DNA of 53,893 nt from an uncultured Gemmatimonadaceae bacterium (GTDB lineage Bacteria; Gemmatimonadota; Gemmatimonadetes; Gemmatimonadales; Gemmatimonadaceae): positions 1-53,893 of the forward strand of contig CAZSNV010000001.1 in assembly GCA_964608035.1 (NCBI GenBank), written 5' to 3'. This document shows, one piece after another, positions 41,892-49,814 of this stretch. The notes under the pieces are model-generated. The model made no database searches, was not told the DNA's origin, and was given only the letters and a program-made list of their open reading frames with translations. A program made the translations under genes and the position numbers. Positions within the stretch are counted from its first letter, which is position 1. The number at the start of each line of letters is the position of its first letter.

Positions 41892-42955
41892 TGGTCTCCT
41901 CCCAGTCCAAGGCGATGGCCCCGATACCCGCCGCTTCGGATCCGTTGCCACCACGCATCATGGTCCGCGTACCAGCGAACGGTATCGCGTAACGCCGAGT
42001 CGAAATCCGTCGAGGGGCGCCATCCGAGTTCCTGGCGGAGTTGCGTGGCATCAATCGCGTATCTGAGGTCGTGCCCGGGTCGATCGGTGGTGAACTCGAT
42101 GAGCTGACGGCGCGATCCCGGTTTGTCGCCCAGCAGCGCGTCGACGCTGTCGCAGATTGCATGGGCGACATCGATATTGCGCCGCTCGTTTTCCGCGCTG
42201 ACCACGTACGTTGCTCCGGGGGTTCCGCGGCGAAGCATCAGCAGAAGGGCCGCGACATGATCGGTCACGAAGAGCCAGTCCCGGACGTTTTCTCCACGTC
42301 CGTAGATAGGAATCGGTTTTCCTTCGAGCGCGTTGAGAATGGTCAATGGAATCAGCTTCTCGGGAAACTGAAACGGACCAAAATTGTTCGAGCAGTTCGA
42401 CACCATGGTTGGCAGGCCGTAAGTCCGTTGCCAGGCGCGAACAAAGTGGTCTGCCGACGCCTTGCTGGCCGCGTAGGGAGAACTCGGATCATATGGGGTA
42501 GTCTCGGAGAAAAACCCGGTGTGCCCCAATGATCCGAAAACCTCGTCCGTTGATACATGAAGAAACCGAAAACTATCCCCCGCGCCGGCATCCAATGACT
42601 GCCAGTATTCGTGCGCCTCGCGAAGCATCTCGAACGTGCCAACCACATTGGTCTCGACGAATGGCGCCGGACCGTCGATTGAACGGTCTACATGCGTTTC
42701 GGCGGCGAGGTGAATGACGTACTTGGGCCGGTGCCGGTCGAAGATCCGACGGATCGCAGGAGCATCGCAGATGTCTGCGTTTTCGAAATGGTACCGGGGG
42801 CTACCCGCAACCGATGCCAGGGAATCAAGGTTGCCAGCGTAGGTGAGTTTGTCGATGTTGACGACGTTGCCGGCCGCTTCCCCAATCAACGCACGTACCA
42901 GAGCTGAGCCAATGAAACCCGCGCCACCGGTAACCAGATAGGTTGTGTCGGACAT
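41888..42955 (-). CDS. rfbB: dTDP-glucose 4,6-dehydratase
   Basis: [15 protein letters not shown](F/Y)G, YAASKA. The start is at ATG 42955. Confidence 0.9.
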   Translation of the reverse strand: MSDTTYLVTGGAGFIGSALVRALIGEAAGNVVNIDKLTYAGNLDSLASVAGSPRYHFENADICDAPAIRRIFDRHRPKYVIHLAAETHVDRSIDGPAPFVETNVVGTFEMLREAHEYWQSLDAGAGDSFRFLHVSTDEVFGSLGHTGFFSETTPYDPSSPYAASKASADHFVRAWQRTYGLPTMVSNCSNNFGPFQFPEKLIPLTILNALEGKPIPIYGRGENVRDWLFVTDHVAALLLMLRRGTPGATYVVSAENERRNIDVAHAICDSVDALLGDKPGSRRQLIEFTTDRPGHDLRYAIDATQLRQELGWRPSTDFDSALRDTVRWYADHDAWWQRIRSGGYRGHRLGLGGDQ

Positions 42956-43031
42956 AGCCCCTGGAAGGGTGACCAACAATTTGGGACGCGATCAGCCCCT
43001 CGCGCCACGTCCAGCACCTGAACCACCGTCG

Positions 43032-44021
43032 GTGAAACAGCGGCTTATGGTCGCCGCGGTGATTGGATTCGTGTGCGCACTTTACGTCGTAATGCACGGA
43101 CGTGCCAACCCTGATTTCACGAGCGATTTCGATCAGGTTTGGGCAGGGGCCCGCGCGCTGTGGCAGGACAAGGATCCATACACCGTCGTGGGACCAGGGC
43201 GGGAGTTCGGTTGGCGATGGCCGCTGTATTATCCTCTCCCCGCGCTCGTCACCGTCGCTCCGTTAGGCCTGCTGCCCGTGCTTGCCGCGCGCGCGATCTT
43301 TGGCGGGATGTCCGCGGCCCTTCTCGCATGGGCGATTACGCGCGACGGCTGGAGCCGACTCCCCATCTTCCTCAGCGTCTCCTTCATGGTCACGATGGAG
43401 CTTGGTCAATGGTCGGCGCTCTACGCCGCTGCGTTCTTCATCCCGGCGCTAGGAGCCATTGGCATCGCAAAGCCGAACTTCGGGGTCGCTCTGGCCGCGG
43501 CAGCGCCTCGACAACAGACGCTGGCGTGGCTCGCCGCGGGCACGTTCGCCCTTCTCGCCATCAGCCAGCTCCTGCAGCCGGGTTGGCACGAATCCTGGCT
43601 CGACAACCTCCGCGCCGCCGACCACTTCAAGCCGCACGTGCTGCGGCCCTTCGGTTTCCTCCTTCTGCTGGCCGCCCTCAAGTGGCGGCGGCCGGAAGCG
43701 CGATGGCTGCTCGCCCTCGCCCTCATTCCGCAGGCCCCATCGTTCTACGATCAGCTGCTGCTGGCCGTGGTCTGCCTGACGAGAGCGGAGGCGCTTGTCT
43801 TTGCGTCCGCCACTATCGTGTTGTTTTTCTATGTGGGGTTCAACACGCCACAGCCGGACTATGAATCCTGGGGACGCATGGTCGGCAATGGAACGCTCTG
43901 GATCTGCTACTTCCCGGCGTTGGTGATGGTGTTGCGGCGGCCTAACGAGGGAGTGATGACAATACCCTTCTCCTGGCTGGATCGGATCGGGCGTAACAGC
44001 AAACGCGATGTGCGGTCGTAG
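43032..44021 (+). CDS. GT87/DUF2029-like GT-C membrane protein (paralog 2 of 3)
   Basis: SDFDQVWAGARALWQDKDPY, then an aligned TM pattern. The start is ambiguous (GTG 43032 or ATG 43047). Divergent from rfbB. Confidence 0.6.
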   Translation: MKQRLMVAAVIGFVCALYVVMHGRANPDFTSDFDQVWAGARALWQDKDPYTVVGPGREFGWRWPLYYPLPALVTVAPLGLLPVLAARAIFGGMSAALLAWAITRDGWSRLPIFLSVSFMVTMELGQWSALYAAAFFIPALGAIGIAKPNFGVALAAAAPRQQTLAWLAAGTFALLAISQLLQPGWHESWLDNLRAADHFKPHVLRPFGFLLLLAALKWRRPEARWLLALALIPQAPSFYDQLLLAVVCLTRAEALVFASATIVLFFYVGFNTPQPDYESWGRMVGNGTLWICYFPALVMVLRRPNEGVMTIPFSWLDRIGRNSKRDVRS

Positions 44022-44027
44022 AATTCG

Positions 44028-45554
44028 ATGACGCGCTCGGATGCACGCATGGACTCCCTTGAGGGACCTGACCGGACTACAGGACGGATTCTCCTCATTC
44101 TGCTCATAGTGAGCGCCTGGGCTCTGTATCGGCCGGAACTCGCCCGTCCTTTTGACTATGTGGACTTTCCCGAGGACATCCTCGTCCTTCAGCCGCATGA
44201 GGGCCTCCGGGAGCAGTATGAGACACTGTCGCAGGTGTACGCCGCCCACGGACGCTGGAAGCCAATCGCGAATGCGCTGTTGGCGGGCCAGTGGTCCTGG
44301 TTTGGGAATTGGACGCCGGGGTGGCAATTGGCACGCTTCGCCGTAATGGTCGCTGTCCTTTTCATTTCGTTCTCGTTGTTTCGCAAGCTTCGATTGGGTC
44401 CTGCAGGCGCCTTCGCCGCTGCCGCAGCGCTTGTCGTATCGCCTCCAGCCGTGATGGGTTGGCTGCGACTCAGCACGCCAGAGCCGGTCGGTCTATTGCT
44501 GTTGGCAATCGCGTGTCATGTGGCTCTGGCGCGCGCAAAGCTTGCGCCGTGGCTCCTGGCATTGCTGCTGCTTGGCGTGATGTGGACGAAAGAGATCATG
44601 ACCGCAGCGTTTGTGGTGCCTGCCCTTCTGGTTATCACCTCGAGCGACAATGGCTCACTCAGGAAGTTCCAGTTCGATCGCCAGCGACTGTTGATGCTCA
44701 TGCCGTCATTCCTGGTTCTCGTCGTGGGCTCGCTCCCGATCTTGTGGACCTGGCGGTCTTCTCCTCCCGACTCGTTCGCCTCGCGCTACGCTAGCAGCGG
44801 CATATCGTTCGCGGATATCGCGGGCGGGTCGCTCGCCGCATGGCTCCCCTTCGCGCCTGTGCCAGAACCCTCGCGCCTTGCGCTGCTTGTCGTGATTGTG
44901 GCGTTTCTTGTCCTCATCGTCGCCGGCTGGCAGCAGGCATTGGAACCAGATGAATTGCAGGGGCACCGTCGGGTTGTTCTCTTACTCGCTCTTGGTGTGC
45001 CGGTTCTCGGTGCTGCGATGTATTCACCTTGGCCGTTCTATCTTCTCATTTACGCGCTTCCGTTTGTGCTCGCCGGGTCCCTCCTTATGGGCCAGGCCGT
45101 GTCTTCGCTCAGCGTCGTGCGGCATTTGCGCGCCATCAGCCTCTCGTGCCTGACGATTGTGTTGACCTACGCCCTGGCGCAGGCGGCCAACGAATCCTCG
45201 CGCATGCGCGCGCTGCACCGGGCGTTCGCGGAATCGGTCACCCGCGTCGCCGCTATGCAGAATGTGGATACTGTCCTGGTGGACGTTGCGATGAACCAGT
45301 ATGACAGCCGCGGGAATTTCGGACCGAGATTCAAGAACTACGCAAGGATGCTGGGCCTTGAGTGGCCGCATGTCGTCGACGTACCGTGTGCTCGCCCGGG
45401 CGCGTTGGGTCCGAGGACTATTCAACTGCGTCTCAATCTGATGTGCGCCATTGAGGGGACTGTCCCGTCTCTCGTCGAGCGCTTCGCGCGATTTGACTGG
45501 CCGAATCCCCGTCCCCAGCGTGACAGCATCACAGTTTCCTTTCTGGCTAACTGA
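44028..45554 (+). CDS. Divergent GT-C-like polytopic membrane protein (paralog of 35056..36642)
   Basis: AWALYRPELARPFDYVDFPED, WSWFGNWTPGWQL, and MWTKE. Confidence 0.6.
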   Translation: MTRSDARMDSLEGPDRTTGRILLILLIVSAWALYRPELARPFDYVDFPEDILVLQPHEGLREQYETLSQVYAAHGRWKPIANALLAGQWSWFGNWTPGWQLARFAVMVAVLFISFSLFRKLRLGPAGAFAAAAALVVSPPAVMGWLRLSTPEPVGLLLLAIACHVALARAKLAPWLLALLLLGVMWTKEIMTAAFVVPALLVITSSDNGSLRKFQFDRQRLLMLMPSFLVLVVGSLPILWTWRSSPPDSFASRYASSGISFADIAGGSLAAWLPFAPVPEPSRLALLVVIVAFLVLIVAGWQQALEPDELQGHRRVVLLLALGVPVLGAAMYSPWPFYLLIYALPFVLAGSLLMGQAVSSLSVVRHLRAISLSCLTIVLTYALAQAANESSRMRALHRAFAESVTRVAAMQNVDTVLVDVAMNQYDSRGNFGPRFKNYARMLGLEWPHVVDVPCARPGALGPRTIQLRLNLMCAIEGTVPSLVERFARFDWPNPRPQRDSITVSFLAN

Positions 45555-45633
45555 CGTTGACTTGCTGCGATTCAACTGGATGCGTCACCGCGCCACCTGA
45601 AATGGTCGATCTGGCCCTATATGGGGCGACCTG

Positions 45634-46605
45634 GTGAAGACCGGCGACCGGGCCGTTACCGCGCTCGCTCTGGGCGGCTGGGGCGCGTTCATCGCGTACT
45701 TCTCGATGGTTTCGCACCCGCAACACCTCGCCAAGGACTTCTCGTACCCCTGGCGCGCCGCGCGCGCCCTGCTCGCCGGCGACAATCCCTATGAGGTCAT
45801 GCGGGCCGTCGGCGAGTACCCGTTCAACGCCGGGTTGCTGTATCCACTCCCCGCCGCCCTCGTCGCCACACCATTTGCTCCCCTGCGACCCGAGATCGCT
45901 GGCGCCCTCTTCGTGGGACTCTCCGCCGCGCTCCTCGGCTGGGCCGTGCTTCGCGATTGCCCGTACCGCCTCCCGCTCTTCATCAGCGCTCCCTTCGTCC
46001 AGGCTGCAATCCTCGGCCAATGGTCGCCGCTCCTGACCGCGGCTGCGCTGATGCCCACACTGCAGTTCCTGGCCGCGGCCAAACCGACCGTTGGCCTGGC
46101 GGCCTGGCTTTACCGCCCGTCGCTCAGGGGAATCATCGGAGGACTGATCCTCGTCGCCGCCGCATTCCTCGTGCTGCCGCAATGGCTGGGCGACTGGCGC
46201 GAGGTCTTGGGGAGCACCAACAAGTACCGCGGGCCGGCGACGACCTTGTTAGGCGCTTTCCTCCTCCTCGGCCTGCTCCGCTGGCGGCGGCGCGAAGGGA
46301 GGCTCTTCGTCGCGATGTCGCTGATTCCCCAGCTCCCAGTCTTCTACGACTCGCTGATCCTCTGGCTCATTCCGTCCACGCTCTGGCGATCTCTCGCTCT
46401 CTCCGCGGCGAGCTGGGTCGGTTACCTCGCCTGGTATCCCAGCCGGGCATCACCACTCCAAAACGAAATCGCGTTCCCTTGGCTCGTCTTAACCATCTAC
46501 GCTCCTGCGCTCGTGCTCCTGCTACTGCTACCGGCGCGGGAAGAGCCCGAAAAAACGCAGAGCGCAGATTCCGGATTACAGGTCGCAGGAAAAAGCGAGC
46601 AGTGA
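45634..46605 (+). CDS. GT87/DUF2029-like GT-C membrane protein (paralog 3 of 3)
   Basis: KDFSYPWRAARALLAGDNPY. GTG start. Collinear with the other two paralogs. Confidence 0.6.
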   Translation: MKTGDRAVTALALGGWGAFIAYFSMVSHPQHLAKDFSYPWRAARALLAGDNPYEVMRAVGEYPFNAGLLYPLPAALVATPFAPLRPEIAGALFVGLSAALLGWAVLRDCPYRLPLFISAPFVQAAILGQWSPLLTAAALMPTLQFLAAAKPTVGLAAWLYRPSLRGIIGGLILVAAAFLVLPQWLGDWREVLGSTNKYRGPATTLLGAFLLLGLLRWRRREGRLFVAMSLIPQLPVFYDSLILWLIPSTLWRSLALSAASWVGYLAWYPSRASPLQNEIAFPWLVLTIYAPALVLLLLLPAREEPEKTQSADSGLQVAGKSEQ

Positions 46606-46619
46606 GAAGCTGAGTGCGG

Positions 46620-48200
46620 TCACTCGCGGTTACGACCCACGGTTTCAGCCAGCATCCGCACGACCGCTGTATCGGTTCGAATCGCACCAAGCCGCCGACT
46701 GAGCAACGCAACACGAAGGTCGGCGCCCACGGGGCGAGCGCGCCGCAGCGATTCTATGGCCCTCCGCTGGTCACCCATCGTCAGGTACGCCAGCGCCAGG
46801 TACTCCGCGTCACGGACGCTGAACTGCGTTCCTGACGCCAGCCAGGCCACGGTGAGACCCATGACCTGCTGCCTGGCCTCGTCCACGTTGCTCGCGCCGT
46901 TGGAAATCAGGACACGCAGCGCCTGCGGCCAGGCCCCCGTCGCCAGACGTCTCACCATTTCAGCGTCCGAGTATGCGTCTCGCGTGTCGGCCAGTCGCAG
47001 CCTCGCTTCGGCGCGAACAGCATAGGGCAGCGGATCGTACGGCCACGCCGCGATGCTGGCGTTGCTCAGAACGCACGCCGAATCCCACCGCGACCCCTGC
47101 AGGTCCATCCAGGACAGCGCCGCGAGCGTCGTGGCTCGGCCGGGTGCCAGCGCCAGTGCCCGCCGGAATCGGGCTTCCGCTAAACGCGAATCGCCAAGTC
47201 TCAGGAGCGTCATTCCGTATTCGTGTTCGGCGTCCGCATCACGAGGATCGGTGCTGACCGCACGGAAATGAGCCGCCGACGCCCCCGTGAACCGGATCGG
47301 GTCCATCACGCGCGCCAGCATCGCCCTGATGGTCCAGCCCTCGGCGCTGGTGTCGGAGGGAAAAGCGCGGCCAATCAGTTCGCTGACGCGCCGCGGACCA
47401 GCGGCACCGGGATATCCGGGGATCTCACCGCCACGCTCGAGGCTCGTCACAGAGGCTCGCGCCAGCCGTGCCGCTGCCACCGTAGATCCGGGATCGAGGG
47501 CGAGTGCCCGTTCGTAGAAAACAATGGCCGAGTCGGAACCGACACGGGTCGTGGATCGCAGATACGCATCACCGGCCAGGATCGCGTCATGACCCTCGTC
47601 ACTGGTTGGCCACCCCTTCGGCATTGGTGGCGCCGCAGGCAAACCCAGCGCGCGCGACAGGCCACGTACGATTCCATCCTCGACGGATCGCAACGACGTG
47701 GTGGCACGGAAGGTTGCTCGCCACACCGGCACGGCCTGGCCGCGGCGCTGGAGTACGACTTCCACCTCCTGTTGCGAGCGGATGAGGAGCAGCCTGCCCG
47801 ACACCAGGTACTCGGCGCCGAGGAGCACACCCGCCGAATCCTGGCGGGAGCGCGCGTCGCTCATTGCACGGGCAACGCTCCCTTCAGAGGCGATGCGCAA
47901 GCGAGGGTCCTGCGCCAGTCGCTGGCGAATCCGGTCCGGTAGCGCAACCGCGAGGTACACCCGCCCCGCATCATCGACGTCGGGCTGAAGCGAGAAGACC
48001 GCCACCTTCCGACGCGAATCGCGACCAGCGTCGCTGGCCCAATAGCTGAGAAGGGCGGGCGCAGCAAAGCTGGCGCGGCAAGGCGGAGGCGGCGCGAGTC
48101 GCGGAAACTGCGCAGCCGCCGGCTGCGCAACGAAGACCACTAACAAGGTCCCGATGGCGGCGCGAGTGCTTGACACGTTCAAATAATAGGCAAAGGCCAT
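46620..48200 (-). CDS. Secreted tetratricopeptide (TPR) repeat protein
   Basis: Signal peptide from ATG 48200 (MAFAYYLNVSSTRAAIGTLLVVFVAQPAAAQ). Repeated A..(F/Y)..AL.L.P TPR-like units. Confidence 0.7.
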   Translation of the reverse strand: MAFAYYLNVSSTRAAIGTLLVVFVAQPAAAQFPRLAPPPPCRASFAAPALLSYWASDAGRDSRRKVAVFSLQPDVDDAGRVYLAVALPDRIRQRLAQDPRLRIASEGSVARAMSDARSRQDSAGVLLGAEYLVSGRLLLIRSQQEVEVVLQRRGQAVPVWRATFRATTSLRSVEDGIVRGLSRALGLPAAPPMPKGWPTSDEGHDAILAGDAYLRSTTRVGSDSAIVFYERALALDPGSTVAAARLARASVTSLERGGEIPGYPGAAGPRRVSELIGRAFPSDTSAEGWTIRAMLARVMDPIRFTGASAAHFRAVSTDPRDADAEHEYGMTLLRLGDSRLAEARFRRALALAPGRATTLAALSWMDLQGSRWDSACVLSNASIAAWPYDPLPYAVRAEARLRLADTRDAYSDAEMVRRLATGAWPQALRVLISNGASNVDEARQQVMGLTVAWLASGTQFSVRDAEYLALAYLTMGDQRRAIESLRRARPVGADLRVALLSRRLGAIRTDTAVVRMLAETVGRNRE

Positions 48201-48208
48201 GCCTGAAA

Positions 48209-48245
48209 CCCGAAAAAGAAGGACCGGAGCGATGGCTCCGGTCCC
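48209..48245 (-). terminator. Rho-independent terminator after the TadG-like gene at 48265..49488
   Basis: ggaccggagc-gatg-gctccggtcc stem-loop, followed on the minus strand by ttcttttt. Confidence 0.75.
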
Positions 48246-48264
48246 AGACTGTATTCGGGGAAGA

Positions 48265-49488
48265 CTACTTGACCAGGATGGGTCGAACGAGCGTGGTGCT
48301 GCCCGGTCCCACGGTCCCAGGGTCGTCAATCGGCTTGAAGATCCCGACGATCTCCGCAGCGTCGAAGGCCGGTGTCTGGTTTTTCTTGGAAGAGCCCGGG
48401 TACACCTTCGTCAACGTGAAGGATCCGAGAAGGCTCACCTCGACCGTCGAGTTGCCGTTGCATGAGGTCATACATCGGTAGAACGCCGCCTTGATGTCGA
48501 CCCCGACACCTCCGCTCGCATCTTTGCAATCGCCGTAGGTGGAGTTGGTAACCGGAGTGTTGTCGGTTTCGCCGGGTAGACTGGAGCAGATCCCCGGTCC
48601 GGGGGCGGGATTGCAGCCCGAATTGCCTACGGCGCCGCAAATGGTCGGCCCGACCATGTTACCCGGCTCCGTGATCAGCGAGTCTCCGACGGCCAGCGTG
48701 TAACACGTTCCGCCCGACATATGGGACCTGTACGCGTTTGCGCCCCCGTTGTCCGGTCCCGGGGTGGCCAACGCTCCTGTGGAAACATCCCAGTACTTGC
48801 CGAGCTTCACGGCCTGGTAGTTCCCGCTCATCTGCCCGAGCGTATCGTTGACCTGACCGGATCCGATCTTCAGGGAAAACGTGCGCTCCGCGGTCGTCAT
48901 GTTGTTGAGCGCCGCCATGTCGTTCACGGTATCGAATGGCCGGTACATGCCAAGCGTATCGGGAGTATTCGCGATCCCGCGTTCGATATTGAGCCGCCAC
49001 ATCAACTGCGTGAAAGGAATGGCCACCGGCTTGAGGCAGCCGGCCGAGGTGTTCACCGGGGCATCGGCCCAGCCAATAGCGCGTGCCTTCAGGCGGGGAG
49101 GCAGTACGCCCAGCATCGACATGATGAGTCCGGACGACTGGCGGCTGACCGTTACGCTGACCGCATCGGTGTGGGGAGCGCCGGCCGTGAATGTCTTCCC
49201 GATGTCATCCCAGTCGCCGAGGATGACCGAGTCCACGGTGACTGTGCGGTACATCGCGAGATTCACATTGGCATACGAAGTCGCGACCGCGACCGTGGTG
49301 CCGGCGTTGTTAGGCGGAAGGAGCTGGATGGCGCCCGCGTGTGCCGCGGCATCGGCGGACGTCTGGAGTTCATTCCGCAGCGCCCAGAGCCGGCTGAAAT
49401 CGATCGAGATCGCCGAGACGCTCACCAGCGCGCTGATCATGATTCCCAGCAGCACCACCACGGCGCCGCGCCGTGCCTTGTATCTCAT
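48265..49488 (-). CDS. TadG-like (TadE/G N-terminal, PF13400-like) pilus-associated protein with Cys-rich C-terminal domain, copy 1
   Basis: RRGAVVVLLGIMISALVSVSAISIDFSRLWALRNELQTSADAAAHAGA. ATG 49488 is preceded by ggaaggag. Confidence 0.7.
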   Translation of the reverse strand: MRYKARRGAVVVLLGIMISALVSVSAISIDFSRLWALRNELQTSADAAAHAGAIQLLPPNNAGTTVAVATSYANVNLAMYRTVTVDSVILGDWDDIGKTFTAGAPHTDAVSVTVSRQSSGLIMSMLGVLPPRLKARAIGWADAPVNTSAGCLKPVAIPFTQLMWRLNIERGIANTPDTLGMYRPFDTVNDMAALNNMTTAERTFSLKIGSGQVNDTLGQMSGNYQAVKLGKYWDVSTGALATPGPDNGGANAYRSHMSGGTCYTLAVGDSLITEPGNMVGPTICGAVGNSGCNPAPGPGICSSLPGETDNTPVTNSTYGDCKDASGGVGVDIKAAFYRCMTSCNGNSTVEVSLLGSFTLTKVYPGSSKKNQTPAFDAAEIVGIFKPIDDPGTVGPGSTTLVRPILVK

Positions 49489-49747
49489 TGTGCTTCTCCT
49501 TCCAGTGCGGCGACCGCCACCCGAACAAAACCGTCCGCTCACTGGTGAAACCGAAATCGGATTGTTTGAAGACACAGGACCCTGACCCGCCCGGATTCCG
49601 GCCCCGCAACGACGATCAGATCTTACTCAACTCCTGTGTGAATATCACTGGTGGTTCCAATGCGACGACCATTGCCGGATTCATGCCACGGAGACAAAGA
49701 ACCGTTACTCATTGGAGCACTCCAATGAGTAGGTGACCCCTGCCTTC

Positions 49748-49786
49748 GGAAATGAAAGCGGGGATCGAAGCATGGCTTCGATCCCC
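49748..49786 (-). terminator. Stem-loop terminator after the TadG-like gene at 49815..51038
   Basis: ggggatcgaag-catg-cttcgatcccc, followed on the minus strand by gctttcatttcc (a weak U-tract). Confidence 0.55.
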
Positions 49787-49814
49787 GGTCTCTCTCATGC
49801 GAGGAACGCGCGAC

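Noticed and set aside
22384-46605. Mobile-element genes (transposase, integrase, recombinase) that could explain the many rearrangement scars
   Set aside because: No ORF in any frame shows DDE, tyrosine- or serine-recombinase or HUH signatures. The rearrangements are better explained by recombination among paralogs, or the responsible genes lie outside the window.
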